From positions 1,547,599 through 1,611,598 of the forward strand of contig NW_019091360.1 in the NCBI RefSeq assembly GCF_001949145.1: a stretch of 64,000 bases of DNA, read 5' to 3'. Positions 1-13,318 of the stretch are shown here, one piece after another. A program made the translations under genes and the position numbers. The notes beneath the pieces were generated by a model. That model searched no databases. It worked only from the letters and a program-made list of their open reading frames with translations, and was not told the DNA's origin. Source of the DNA: Acanthaster planci. Lineage: Eukaryota. Each line of letters starts with the position of its first letter. Position 1 is the first letter of the stretch.

Positions 1-1247
1 GCCGTTACATTCTGCCACCTCCCGGCGCACCTTGCCAGCGATAAGCTTGCGTCGTGGTATAGAATTTCCATAGAAGTGATCGATGTGGTATCGGCAAGAT
101 CAGAACAAAAGGTGCGGCCTTCCATTGCCAATACCTTCTGATGAACCTCCTGAAAAGCTGCCCGTTTTAACCGAGTCATGAATGCAAAGACAACTGGCCT
201 CTTTCCTGGCTGCCCCAAGCAGTTATTTGATTGGAGCAATTCCGAATCCATCGTTGAAATTTCCATCTGACTTCTGTTAACTTGTACAAGGTCATCCAGA
301 CAGGTTTTGATAATTTCCTCCAGTGGATCTTCAGCAGTCCGGCGGTCGGCACAGGCGGCTACGTGGAAGTAGGTGATCATTTCCTGGCCGGATACGTGGA
401 TATCTCCCGCCAGCCGAACGCAGCGTTCCCCTTCCAAAGCATACCCATCCGCACACGTCAGCCTGCGACATCTTGAAAGAAATGGGTCGTACACTTCGTT
501 CACTGAACAAGTGACAGGGACCTCACTGACCACCACTCTGCCTTCACTCACCAATTTGACATTACCTGCGGATCGGAAGTCAAAGACGATCGAAATTGGA
601 GGAGGCCCGGGGAACTGCGGGGCGGGTGCAGGCGGTCTATATAAGGTGTCGTCGGTTACCAATACGGGATACTTCCGTAAGCAATCAACGAAATCTATAG
701 TCTTATTGTTGTTGCATATCAAACAGTGCGGGTTCTTGTAAAGAGTTCGAGACACAAAGTCGACGGTCGCAGTGAGAGCTGTGTACGACGAGCAGAGCGG
801 TGCCAGTGGGTGACCGATCGGGCATTCTGCTCTCGCGTCGAGGTAGCAGGTTCTGACAGCAGAGCCAGCCCTACCCGGCGGTTCCTTGACCAATATGCAC
901 CCCACTTCGTACCTTATTATATCCAGCGTCTCCCTGGACGTGGATAATGACAACAGATCAAAGGCCTCCTCCTGGTAAGAAACTTGGGTGCACTCAAAAG
1001 TCAAGGACCATGGTTCCAGATCCGTTACATTTTCCCGCCAGCAGAGGGCGCAGTACACGTTCCTGTACGGGAAATGATTCTTCACGCCCAGAACTGGAAT
1101 TTCTGACAGAAAATCGTCCGTGTCAATTTGCTCGCACCGTTGCCGTAAGACTTCTTCGCCAGTCAGATTGTCATTGGGACAAACGGCAATGACGTAGTAT
1201 CCTTCAGACTGTTGGAATCTCTCAACGTTGCACTTGAAATCAACAAG
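1..1247 (-). CDS. SMB-domain class-B/Methuselah-like GPCR-type ectodomain gene, exon 3 (partial, runs off window)
   Basis: Acceptor ttttatttcgcag at 1260-1248, then 415 stop-free codons to the window edge (LVDFKC...YRNVYCALC...YKNPHCLIC...CSVNEVYDPFLSRCRRLTC...). Phase 0 matches exon 2. Absent from the ORF track. The 7TM region is not visible, so the GPCR call rests on ectodomain motifs. Confidence 0.8.
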
Positions 1248-1698
1248 CTGCGAAATAAAACGTGAAACTGTCGAACGTATAAGGTACGAAAGCCCAAAAG
1301 TAATACTTTTTCAAAAAGTGCAGAATAATTTTCCAAGTCTATTTTTAGAAGAATTTTTTTAACTTCGGTTTTACGAGTATATTTTTTCCAAAGATCGTTT
1401 GTTCGAGACATTAATTATCCAGTTCGTTCTTATGTGATCTATATTAAGAAACATTGGCGCTGTTTTTATAAACAAATCGTTTTTACGAATTACATTTTAC
1501 TAAGTTAAGGCTGCAGCATGCCGTGTGGCGATGCACTTATTTTGATCCGTTCTCGTTTCCATGTTCACATCTGTTTGCTGTGTTATATTCCTACATAATT
1601 TCAGTAAACAGTCTCAAAAACCTACGCATGCAGACACGAGATATTCTATTACGGCTATTATCCTTGTTCCAACGATATTTACACAATTTCAAGCTTAC

Positions 1699-1940
1699 CG
1701 TTAATTTTCCCAAACGTTGGGAAGTCGAAAATTCATCGTTGGCCGTTGTCATACACGTTCCTTCGTAGTCTATGCAACAGTCATGGAAGAAGTTACAAAG
1801 TCCATCGCATTGGCACAACGGGGCGGCCGAAGAGCTGTTGGCCATATGCGGCTGGAAACTACAACCAAGGCTGCTGCAAAGGTGACGCTGGGTGCAGATG
1901 TCAACCGATGTACCGCCCAGTTCAATTAAGGTCAGTGATT
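1699..1940 (-). CDS. Same gene, exon 2: somatomedin-B-like domain
   Basis: tttttacag acceptor and ACG|gtaagc donor; 242 nt, phase 1 to 0; encodes CSSLGC...CQCDGLCNFFHDCCIDYEGTC (SMB pattern CxCDxxCxxxxDCCxDY). Confidence 0.85.
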
Positions 1941-2267
1941 CTGTAAAAAGAAAATGTATTTCATAATGCATGTATCTACACGTTTCCATTGCAGCATGGT
2001 CCTAGTTTGTAGCAGTGTTTACCGTAAGGCAAATCTATGCCCCATCTGCATGTATGGTTAGCATACTACTAATAAGTAAAATGTTATTTACTTTTGCACC
2101 TACAAAAGTAAAAGAAAACTTTCTGTTCCATGTAGACCTTTCTTCTGTTTACAAAAGTTGAGGGGCAGCCACGTTTGCAGAATGTTTACCCTTGATTTGT
2201 CAAAAAAAAAAGACTTCATAAATGATTTCGGGTTCTAACTTTTGCAAGTGATTTTTGAACACTGCAA

Positions 2268-2503
2268 GGGTCAATTTCAAAGAGCTGCTTAAGCACAAAA
2301 TCTGCTTAAGCGCAAAAAACCTCTCTTCCATCTATCAATCTATGTGATTGCCATGCTAACCAAAAGATAGGTGAAGACCATTCCAAAAAAAATGTTGGCC
2401 TACATCACGTGGAGTTTTGGCTGGTAACCTGATTTGTCAAGCAAGGTTTTTTCACGCTTAAGCAATTTTTTTTGTGCATAACCAGGTCTGTCAAATTGGC
2501 CCC
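2268..2503. mobile_element. MITE with terminal inverted repeats
   Basis: gggtcaatttca...gcttaagc at the left end mirrors gcttaagc...tcaaattggcccc at the right end; a related end (atgaaattgggcc) lies near 27320-27333. Confidence 0.6.
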
Positions 2504-4054
2504 AGGTCGGAGTTATTGTTTTAGTTTTGTACACGCGCATGCACCACTGATATTAAGCTCAAATTGGATGAACACTCAAGTCGTGCGTTGACTTCTGGTT
2601 CCAATGGTTCAGTGTGACTGAAATTACGTCATACTTAAACCGCAGAGAATTGGAAGCAAAATGGTTGATGTATGCGTAAAACAGACTGATCCATGAAGTC
2701 CTCTTGCCCGAGGAACCACGTGGGATTTATTCACCTGGTCCAATCACCCATCGCCGTTAATAAACAAGACAAGACTTAAGTTGCATGATATCACGATAGG
2801 AAGCGTGCTGGTGATACATTATAACAGGCGCTAGAATATACGTGGCAACCTTGTGTTGAGGACGCAAAAGAAGGGGAGTGGGAAATCGGCCTAGTTTGGC
2901 TTTCATAAAGGTAGGGGGCTCGAAGAATGGAAGCAAGTGGTTTGAACTGCTTGATGGCACTCGTGTACAGTTTGCTCCACGTCAGATACAAATTCCGTAT
3001 CGACGGGCTATTGAATTTCTTACCTGCACATTTGCAGCGGTGAAGTTTGTTTTATTTAAGGGAAATCACGCTCGCTTGAATGCGTGCTATCAATGTTGGC
3101 GAGCCTCGCTTATTAACTCGGCACACAAGCATGTTTCACGTAATTCCAAGTTTCGTATAAAAGGGTGTTTTGCCGTAAAAGCATCGTTTGTTGACCGTGA
3201 TGGGTAACTTAGGCCTATTTATTACGTTTTGGGGAAATCCACGGGCATGACCTTTCGTTATTTACCTTCTTGTACACTGTCTCAGCCTGAGCAGGACCCG
3301 GCAAGGATTGTGGAAAATGGTAGGGGTATTTTCAATACACACAGTACATTGTACTTCAGTGTGGCCTGGACCCCAGTATCAGTCACTATATTAGTAATAT
3401 ATGGCATGCCAAATATACACTTCAAATGCTGTCACCTAAGAACTGCACGACGCGGCAGTATTATAATGTCACGTGCATCGATCATATTGATCAAGAACAA
3501 AAATCTTCTCAGAAGTTAGTCGAATAGATTTCATTATACATTTGAGGTTTTCAAGGACATTTCTTGGTCGGTCTTGCTTAATAATGCCTTTTTGGCAGTT
3601 TCTTAGTGGGAGCCCTGGAAGACTGGAACTCAAGCGTCAGAAATCCTAAACTGTAAACAGACGGACGCTGGATTTTGCCCGTCACAAACTGAGGTTCTAA
3701 ACGTGTAACAAAAATAATAAGCTAAACAATCAAAGGTAAAAAGTTGGTATCACAATAATAGGCCTTGTCCGAATTACTTTGCTACGACCGGTGTAAAAGG
3801 TAAGTCTGCCCCCGGTTAATGTGTCCCGGCCCCCACACTTACCGGATCGCACTCCGGTTAAAGTGTTCAGTGGACACATTTGTCCTATATGGTGACACTT
3901 TTACCTACAGGTAATTCTGTCCCCTAGATACTTTTACCGGCGGACCCGTTAGATTTACCGTCTACACTGCCACCGGCAGTAGCAGATACATGAAAAATGG
4001 CTGATTGTGTTGAGCCTAAAGGCAAGCAATAGCCGCGGTCATAAAAATCATTAC

Positions 4055-4241
4055 CGTAGATGTCCCTTGAGCCGGTTTCATTCCCTGTGCCCGAAGAGCT
4101 TGATGGTGTGGGATACTCCGGTGTTGTCGGCATGGGCGTGTCTGGCGTTTCCCCTTGTTCCCGGGCTTGGATAAAAGTCTTCACGGACAGCGCGTGCAAG
4201 GAAACTGAGAAAAGCAAGATGTACTTTTTCGCGATCGCCAT
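4055..4241 (-). CDS. Same gene, exon 1: signal peptide and Pro/Thr/Ser-rich linker
   Basis: MAIAKKYILLFSVSLHALSVKT signal-like N-terminus; phase-1 donor TAC G|gtaatg at 4055. Alternative phase-1 donors near 3959 and 3938 cannot be excluded. Confidence 0.65.
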
Positions 4242-4789
4242 CTTCGCTGGTGGACACTGCGATTGCTGAAAGTGCCCCCGCCCGCGTTCGGAGCTGTACG
4301 GTACGTTTTTAATAGTCTATTCGGCGCCCAAATGCAGACTCGGTCGTTAAAGGGACCGCCTCGAATCCTGTTTGTTTCAGTTCATGAAAAACCAGAATTT
4401 AGAAAATTACAGGTAGGTCTGCGTGTTATGTTAATAATGCCTTCAGTGAGACAGATACATGTGCTATGAACAATGCAACCCTATAGGCCAAGGCCATGGC
4501 AAAGTAAGAACGCCTGTGATTTGCGATGAACGGTCATGCATCATGACACCTGTATATAAAAAGAGACAATTCCGGCGGTCCCATTCTCTTGAATTCGTTC
4601 GTTTTATTTTAATATCATTTTCCACGTTCTGCAAGAACAAGATGTCATGTTCTAACATTTAAGAGATGAATCACGTGAAACCTAAAGCAAGATAAATCCT
4701 CATTGGACCGAGGCCCATTAGTTAAAGGATTGCTTCAGTTTACTTTAAAACAGACCTTCAAATAAAAAAATGTACCTTTGTGTCACAGT

Positions 4790-5100
4790 TAACCTTACTT
4801 TCAATTTTTGTTTCACTATTTCAAAGGGTATTTTGCTGCATTTTTGGTTTTTATGCTAATGAGCATTTCTGTATTCATGAGCTAAACTGTGATGTCATCC
4901 CGGAAAGAAAGTCTCAATGTAACACTGGTATGTACACAAAAAAGTGTTGCATTTTTGTAGATTTTGCTGGCCTAAATGTTGTCTTCTTTGCTGATTCCTT
5001 GTTGTTGTTTAAGCAAGCGTCAATTCCATTCTCAGAAATGTTTCCAGCAAGTAAATTCCAAGTTTACAATTTGAACAGAAAACTCATGCACTGAAAAATG
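4790..5100 (+). repeat. Dispersed ~350-bp repeat family A, copy 1
   Basis: Shares tatgctaatga...aaactgtgatgtcatc...ctcagaaatgtt...atgcactg with copies at about 7090, 15940 (-), 44020 and 46410. Confidence 0.75.
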
Positions 5101-5523
5101 TCTAGGAAAGTATGGGTAATTTAAAGTAATTTTAAAAATGCACCTTCAATTTTAACCAATTTGGAGTGTAAAAGAGTGTTCGTACATTGAAGAAGGGTAA
5201 TATCAGGAAAATTGTGGTTAAGAAAGAAATAGTTGTAGCTACCCGTTAAAGAGCTGGTTTGATATGGTCCAATCAGCGACAGTAACCGTTAAAATCACAG
5301 TGAAAGTGTTGTTGCTCCAGCGCCCGGCAGGACTGCTTTTCAGCCGACGGAAGAGGGGGTTGAACCTCTAACCTCGCCACACTCCGCCACATCCCACGTG
5401 GAAAGAAAGACGGACCTATCAAGTCAGTACTTTAATTGTGAATTGGCACATACATTTCTTCATTTTCGACTTTAATTGTGAATTTTCACATTTTTTTCAC
5501 TCATGACATGATCATTATAATAT

Positions 5524-6058
5524 NNNNNNNNNNNNNNNNNNNNNNNNNNNNNNNNNNNNNNNNNNNNNNNNNNNNNNNNNNNNNNNNNNNNNNNNNNNNN
5601 NNNNNNNNNNNNNNNNNNNNNNNNNNNNNNNNNNNNNNNNNNNNNNNNNNNNNNNNNNNNNNNNNNNNNNNNNNNNNNNNNNNNNNNNNNNNNNNNNNNN
5701 NNNNNNNNNNNNNNNNNNNNNNNNNNNNNNNNNNNNNNNNNNNNNNNNNNNNNNNNNNNNNNNNNNNNNNNNNNNNNNNNNNNNNNNNNNNNNNNNNNNN
5801 NNNNNNNNNNNNNNNNNNNNNNNNNNNNNNNNNNNNNNNNNNNNNNNNNNNNNNNNNNNNNNNNNNNNNNNNNNNNNNNNNNNNNNNNNNNNNNNNNNNN
5901 NNNNNNNNNNNNNNNNNNNNNNNNNNNNNNNNNNNNNNNNNNNNNNNNNNNNNNNNNNNNNNNNNNNNNNNNNNNNNNNNNNNNNNNNNNNNNNNNNNNN
6001 NNNNNNNNNNNNNNNNNNNNNNNNNNNNNNNNNNNNNNNNNNNNNNNNNNNNNNNNNN
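5524..6058. other. Assembly gap
   Basis: Run of N. Confidence 1.
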
Positions 6059-7089
6059 GACAAATTTCGCGCGTCATGATTGGCCAACGCATTACAAACT
6101 CTCGGTGGCGCACTATTGTGAATCGCCCGTATTGGAGCGTAAGTTGGGTGAAATTGGGGGATGGGGTGTTCCGTGTTGAAGGCGGCCTACATATATTTTT
6201 GCAAGGAGTAGGCCTGCTGAATGAAAATAAGCTGTGTATTCTGGCAAGTTACACCAAGAGTTTCCAATGGAGGAACCATAGTATCAGATGACGTCCACCC
6301 TCCGAATCCACGATCACCTATCCACCGCACGGAATGTTGAATTCACGGCCATTGAATGTGCTTCCCCGCAGACCCCATCCAGCCCCTTTCAGCTCCATCC
6401 TCCGTTATACCAGAGTTTCCATTCCTCATCATTAAATTTCTTTATTGCCTTCCTTATCGCCAAATTGAATTTCCTTATTTTGTCCTTCAACAATGTGCAT
6501 TTGAATTCACTCTTTTTTTTTTCACAAAATGAATAGTTCTTATAGCGTCGCTTCAGACTGTCGGACATTCAAATAGTAAAATAAGGCATGTCGAAGTAGC
6601 ACGCGCGCAGTGATCGCGACGCCGACCCTCTAGCCTACAATAGGCTAAGACCACTGAGGCCTCAACTAACGAATCATGACAATCCCACTGATAGCAGACT
6701 TGGCCTACTGGTAACCTATCTTCGGATCTCTTTCCGACGGTAACCAGTCAAACAGCCCCGCGAACACTGTTGTGAAAAGTGGGTTTGGGATAGGAACTTT
6801 AGCAGAGTATCCAAGGACGAGAAGCCGCGTATAAAATACGTTTCGTACACCCAATTCCCGTTCCGAACTTGCCATTTTGTTATTGGAACTGATATCTAGT
6901 TTTTCATGATTTTTATTTTAAGTATTCTTGAAATTTCTGTAAAATTACCTTCAGAATTTGGACTTTCATATGCATTAAATTGTTCATTTACTCAGATTTT
7001 TCTTAGGACGTGAAAAAGTTCTGAAAATTAGGGTAGCTACAATCAATGTTTTTGATTACAAATCTGTAAATTGCACCTTTTTGCCTCAG

Positions 7090-7460
7090 TAACCATTATT
7101 TTCAACTTTCATTATTTCAAAGGATATTTTAACATCATGTTGGTTTGTATGCTAATGAATTTCCATATTTATGAGCAAAACTGTGATGTCATCTCAGGAA
7201 GAAGCCTCAATATGACATAGATTTGTACTCAAAAAAGTCCTGCATTTTGTAGAGTTTCCTGGACTAAGTTTTCTCTTCCTTGCTGATTCATTGCTGTTTA
7301 TGTCCATAGCAATGAGAAACCATTAATCCCTCTTTCAGAAATGTTATCAGTTGGTGAATTCTGGGTTCACAATTTAACAGAAATACATGTACACCTATGC
7401 ACTGAACCGTGTCTTCCCTAAATGACTTCAGAGCAACAGCGCCCTCAGTTGCCCGGCAAA
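7090..7460 (+). repeat. Repeat family A, copy 2
   Basis: Aligns by eye to 4790-5100; ends in acagcgccctcagttgccc. Confidence 0.75.
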
Positions 7461-8387
7461 AACATTGACGATTTTATTGTTTTAAAGTGTGCACTTTTCA
7501 ATACATTTAACCAAATAAGAGTGTGGAAGAGTTTTCATATATTGAGGGAAAAGCACAAAGATGCAGAAAAATTGTGTCGAAGAAAAATTCATTGCAGCTA
7601 CACTTTTAAAAATGGAAACGCTGCTGCCCGTTACACAACTTGATGCGCCGTGGTGCCATTCTCCCGGCCAGCAGGTGGGACCCCGCATGCTCTGCTTCCA
7701 AGCCCCACGTTCATTTTTTGCCTATACATGTACTTCAGAAAATTTAGGTTCAGTGGAAGAAATGCTGTCTTTTTAAAGCGAACTTTCAGACAAATTCTTT
7801 TGAAAAAGGGGGCAGATTTAGATGTCAGGTTGTAGTGTACTAATTTCTGCTGAGCTCATTGGCGTAAAAAAGCATCATGCCCCCCAAACACAATTTCTTC
7901 GGAAAAGGTGATTATTTGGCCGAAAAAATGGAGAGATTGTGGAAATAGCTTATAGAGATAGGATCAACCCCCTTGTAGGCTGTTCTACATTTGAAAAAAC
8001 GGCTGCGACCTGGCTGGGGAACAATCCCTTTTTGAGCAGTGTTAGTTTTTGTGTGAATGATTGCTTATGGCTACCAATAATTGACAAGAATTGAAAGACT
8101 AAGGACAAGACAATAATCTAAACTTTGTTTGAGAAACTCCAGTAATGTCTGCTGCATGTTATTGTCGTTTGAGTCACAAAATTGATGATTTTGGGGCTTG
8201 AAGTATTAGTTCACTGCACCCTAGCCCTGCTAGGCCAGGCCATCAGTCCGCGGTCCGTTTGCGATTTGCCGGCGGTAGGAAAAGTTTAGTCGGGCGCCAA
8301 GAGGGCGCCCGCAAAGTGCATGGCTCATTTTTAACTGGTGCTTTGCACGTGCTTGACACACCAATGAGGCTCTTGGGAACCAGTTCA

Positions 8388-8404
8388 ACTCCCTCTTTTT
8401 ATCC
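8388..8404 (+). promoter_or_regulatory. TCT core promoter / 5'TOP pyrimidine tract of RPS26
   Basis: ctccctctttttatcc immediately upstream of aagATG|gt; typical of ribosomal protein genes. Confidence 0.75.
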
Positions 8405-8417
8405 ACCACTCGCAAAG

Positions 8418-11400
8418 ATGGTATGGACCGTAACAGCTCATGAAAATTTAGCTGAATTTTTTCGTACATTACATGTAGATTTGGCTCCTGAGGAATCGGA
8501 AATTCCCTTATTTAATAGTTTTCACGGTTAACAAAACATTTCTTTTCTGTTTACCTATCATATGAATAACATTTTTACCGCTACAAAATTACCAACACCA
8601 TACGATTTTGATTCACGTGCGGTGTTGAACATGATGAAGGCAAAGAAACGTATTTCCGACACTACGCTGAGGGCGCTACTACCTGTCATGCATGATGGGT
8701 TAGCAATAGCACTTGAATAATCTCATGTAAGACCTTCAAACCCTCCCGATTTCATGGAAAATATCCGCTTTTTCACTTCGTCTCTGTCATTCTGATTTCG
8801 CCCCTAAAATTTCTGCCAAATTGCAATTTTGACAAGTCTATGTATTACGGGTAACTGACCACGCTGACCATGTAATCTTTTGCATGTACTGTAATACAAC
8901 TTATCGAACTAGCTCTACCGAGTGGAGTGGTAGTATTCCTCTTTTTCAAATTTTGGACTGGACCAGTCCACAACACATGTAGTAAAGTGATGACGGTTCC
9001 CCAAAATTCCAAATATTGACTAAAAATACCTTTATCACCTCCTACTGGCTTCCTTAAATACTGAATTCAAACGATTGGGGCTTCAATGATATTTTGTACT
9101 TCGAAATCTGTCAAAATCCAGCTATTTTCGCTCGACACATGCACAGCACTTAAACTTTCTGACGCGTCCTCCCATTCAAATAAGCGTGCCTGGATTTTGC
9201 TGACACAATATGTCTATGGACGAACATGGTCCTCCAAGACACACGCATGGGTGGCCTATACATTGTCTTGGCACAAGACTTGTTGATCGTGAAACAGTCA
9301 TTGGTAGAACTCCCAACGATCAGATCGGCTGATGTTCGACAACATTGGCCTGATCTGATGTCCGATCCGATCATCCGTTGATCCCTAACGCGTGGTACTG
9401 TACATCATCATGGACATGGATTAGACTCCAGTACAATGCATCATTGATTTTTACTTGTTCATGGTAATGTGGAAAATATTCTGATTTTTCATGAAAAATC
9501 CTGAATTTGGGGAGAAAGATTCCAAATTCTTGATTGCCAATTTTTGGAGGTCTGCCATGTCAAGGCTATAAATAACCCTGTATCATTGGGTCTACTCCAG
9601 TACATGGAAACAAAATCTGTAGAGAGTCTCAGACCCACTAACTGGTATGACCAAGACTGGGGAGTTAGTTGAAACTCTTTATTTTGTTTGAAGTCTGGAC
9701 TTGATCGGTCACACTATCACCCCAACGGGAGTAATTACAAAAACTTGAATTCTCAGTTCAAAAGTTGCCAGAATCATGCCAAATAGTGAAACATTTTACA
9801 AAAGTATTTTTGACAGCCCTTTAATGTTAAGGATGAACTGTGGGCTTCACTGGCACTCTGACATTGAATGGGCTGCAAATCCGTGAAAGTTTGACCAGTC
9901 TGCATGCACCTGTCCAGGCAAAATTTCTCTCTTCATGCAATAGCACTAGTAGATTTTGAGCCACAGCAACTGTGGGTGCAGATATGAGCATGTGCGCTAA
10001 GACACGGGACACGACAATGTTGTGGACTGGAGCTTAACCACTGGTGGATGCCCTGGTCTACGTATACAGTTTGTAGGGAGACATCCGTGTCAAATTACCC
10101 CATCTTTGAGAAGATAGGAACAAGATAGTGATGTCACAATGTCTACAGAGTTTCACATCCATTTTTTGTGTGTGTGCACTGCGCAGACTTGCAAGCGACG
10201 CAACAACGGACGCAACAAGAAGGGCCGTGGCCACGTGCGGCCCGTGCGCTGCACCAACTGTGCCCGCTGCGTGCCCAAGGACAAGGCCATCAAGAAGTTT
10301 GTCATCAGGAACATTGTGGAGGCCGCGGCTGTCCGTGACATCCAGGATGCCAGTGTTTATGAAGGTAAAGCCAATACTTTTATAAGCTTACTGAATTACA
10401 GTTTAAGAAATGAGAAATAGAAGATCGCGCAAAATGTTAGGGGCATTGATAAGCGTGGAAATACGTGTGCACTGCTACCTGCTTGTGATGTTCTGTGGCA
10501 CACTGTGTCGTCAAGTCTGGAATGTGTTTTATGAAGAAAGGGCCCAATGCCCAAATAAAAAAAATCCATATAGAACTGGATTTTATGTCACTAGCCAGAC
10601 CCTGTCCAATGGAATTAGCCAGTAAACCTACATTGAAAAATAACTCATTGAAGAAGCCTGCTATTGTCTCCTGTTGAAGTCATCTCCTGGCTGGGTTCCC
10701 ACTTTTATACTTGTATGCTGAAGTGCTGCAATTCGATAAAAGTTTCCTCTGTCATGCTCACATTCACTCCTCAACCCTGACTATGCTTAGGGAGTACCTT
10801 AAAAAAAATGGAACAGTCTGAACGTTCCATTTGGCAAACTAGCCATGCTGCTGAGCACACTCCATGGTCCCAGCAGATTGCTAGGTGTTCCACTGGAACG
10901 GCTGCCATTTCCTTACTCTTTCGAGCACATATGCACGGTGAAACGTTCTGTTTGGAAGGTCCATGGTGATGGTCTGCAGGAGCGAGCCTGTTCGCCGAAG
11001 TGTAAATTTTGACAATTTCCAACCATAAACTTCATTTTGACATCAGCTGACATAGTAGTGTAGTAGTGTACCCACAACATACCTACCACCCATTGCGATT
11101 TAATTGGAATCGCTCCTGATATTTAAGTTCCAGACTGCAAAAAATCGGGACGTTCTGATAAAAAAAACTTGGGGGAAAAAAGTCCAACAAAATAGGGCCA
11201 ATTGCAAAAGAAGAGGGCGATATTTACAGAAAAAGAGGGCGCTGTTTGCTATGTCAAAATGGCAGTTGTTGCACATACATATCCGTACATATGTGTACAT
11301 GCATGAATGTTCGTGCATGACACTGGCATGTAAATAACTTGTCTTATGCAGCTGCGCATTTTTCTATTGACCGGTAAATGGATGTTGATTTTTGCGATTT

Positions 11401-13318
11401 CTGACTTCGCAATGTGGCAGGTATGCCGCAATCAAAGTATAATATTCCGGGCACCTCATGGTGTTAATTGAATTTATCCCCCCAAGCTGTTTTCAAGATA
11501 GACATTCACATTACAGATAATTATTGGACATTTCCATGTAACTTTCTAAATATTTGATTTGTAAAGATGCTTCAGTAAAAAAATCTGCAGTTAATCAAAC
11601 CTGTACTGTAGAGGGAATGGTTGAATCTGTCGAAAATCTCAAAAACCTGTGGGCCTAAGCTTTTCGTGAAATAGGTTGCTGATTTCCTGCAGTAAAAAAA
11701 AACCCAAATTGTTTTTGCCATAGGATAATGCTTCAGAATTGCTTTGATTGTCTGTGTCAAAGAACACAACATACCAGTGTCCTGCTAGCACTTTGCAAGC
11801 AAACTGACTTCTCTGCTGTTAACTGATTTAAGAATGGCTGCAGGTTTCCCAACACCAGTCCCTGTTTGAGCATTTGACCATGAGGGATCCAATTACGCCC
11901 ATAGAAGCATGTGCTAATCAAAACGCTCAGTCCGAATTATCTTGATCGGTGTTATTACCTGTTTGATGTTCACAGTTTACGCTTTGCCCAAGCTGTACGC
12001 CAAGCTTCACTACTGCGTGAGCTGCGCCATTCACTCCAAGGTGGTGCGCAACAGGTCCAAGGAGGCGCGCAAGGACCGGACACCCCCTCCCCGCTTCCGC
12101 CCCGGAATGGTAAGCCGCCAGCCGGCACCTCTCCTGCTGGCATGGCCAGCCTACTCATCTCATTCATCTTTGCCTCGCAAGGGTGGGATTTCTGTGGACG
12201 TTTCCTGATTTCAGAATGTGTGGCCCAAAACTCTAGATTTTGAGAGGTCTATACTGTTGGGGTTTGGCTACTGTTTTGCCTAATTGTAAGAAAAAAAGAA
12301 GAAAGTAAACTAAGTGCAAGATGCACGTAATGGCTGCCATTTGGGAGAGAACTCGTGCCTAGCTAGCTGTGAAAAGACCCCAGAAGCACAAAATTCCATT
12401 GACACTGTTGGAGGCCAGTTGGATGTTGCATAAATTTCCCTTTTACCCTACTGATATCACCCCTGCACTAGCCAGTTATCGCCAACACGGGAAAGGTGCA
12501 AATTTCATTTACAGTGGAACACTGTTATAACAAGGTCCTAGGGACTTCACAAATTACCTTTTTACACTAGTCACCTTGTATTATCAGCAATGGTAAACAA
12601 AGAAAAAGACTTGGGACCTAAAATTGTCTTTGTTTAACGTGACCTTGTATTAACAGTCTTCTTATCTGTGTTTTACTGTACTTGTAATCCAGGATTTTAG
12701 TCCTGTCTGGTTGCCCAGAGTGGAGAAATACTTTCCTTGCTTAATTTCAGAAAGGGTTTTTCTAAAACTAGACAGGGTTTTTTTTTTTCAAAATACAATT
12801 ATATATGTTCGGAGAGTAAGGCCAACGTTTCAGTTTATTGGATTACAGATATACCATCTCTGAAAAGAACGATCGTCAATTTGAGCAAAATTTAAAACTG
12901 AAAAAAATTCCGACATTTTTTCCAAAGGCAGTATTTTAATACTTAAATCAAAATTTTTCCCTTACATTTTATTTGGAGTGAATGAAATAAAAAAGAAAAC
13001 AGCGTGCAACACAAAGTGTCCCCAGTATATGGCAGACTATCACAAGTCACCTGTGAAATAATGTCCAGTAATTCCATGTTTCGACCCTGGATAATCTTGT
13101 ACTATGTGAAATATAGAGTAACCTGAACTTTTTTATTTCTACTCATTCGTTGACTCGGCCAAATTTTGTAGCATTTACGTGATCTATTAAATTGAAAAAA
13201 GAAAAATGCCCTGATTTTGTTACCAATGAAATTCCGATATATGAATGGTCCATTTATTTCCCTCATTTTCCAGGCTCCTGGTCAGCAGGCAAGACCGGGC
13301 GGCACTGGAGGGCGTTAA
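8418..13318 (+). CDS. RPS26: 40S ribosomal protein S26 (eS26), join(8418-8420,10187-10364,11976-12109,13274-13318), 119 aa
   Basis: [119 protein letters not shown]; all introns GT-AG and phases consistent; ATG-only first coding exon. Confidence 0.97.
10187..10364 (+). CDS. RPS26: RPS26 exon 2
   Basis: gcgcag|ACT...GAA G|gtaaag; contains the CTNC zinc ligands. Confidence 0.97.
11976..12109 (+). CDS. RPS26: RPS26 exon 3
   Basis: ttcacag|TT TAC...ATG|gtaagc; [22 protein letters not shown]. Confidence 0.97.
12512..12678. mobile_element. Tc1/mariner-pogo-like non-autonomous element in RPS26 intron 3
   Basis: TA|cagtggaacac ... gtgttttactg|TA; imperfect TIRs with a TA target duplication. Confidence 0.6.
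13274..13318 (+). CDS. RPS26: RPS26 exon 4 (coding part)
   Basis: cattttccag|GCT...CGT TAA, phase 0; AATAAA follows at 13514. Confidence 0.8.
   Translation, partial: APGQQARPGGTGGR

Noticed and set aside
5472..6179. Long ORFs of 190-233 aa
   Set aside because: Artefacts of translating through the N gap.
6290..6530. Minus-strand coding-like stretch (KIRKFNLAIRKAIKK...GLDGV) faintly like a transposon SGNH esterase C-terminus
   Set aside because: Interrupted by stops and lacks the catalytic DGxH motif; similarity too weak to call.
8631..8720. Box C (ATGATGA) and CTGA motifs in RPS26 intron 1
   Set aside because: No canonical terminal D box or stem, and no recognisable rRNA guide.
8987..9064. 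GTGATGA...CTGA with partial complementarity to an 18S segment
   Set aside because: Several mismatches in the putative guide and no terminal stem.
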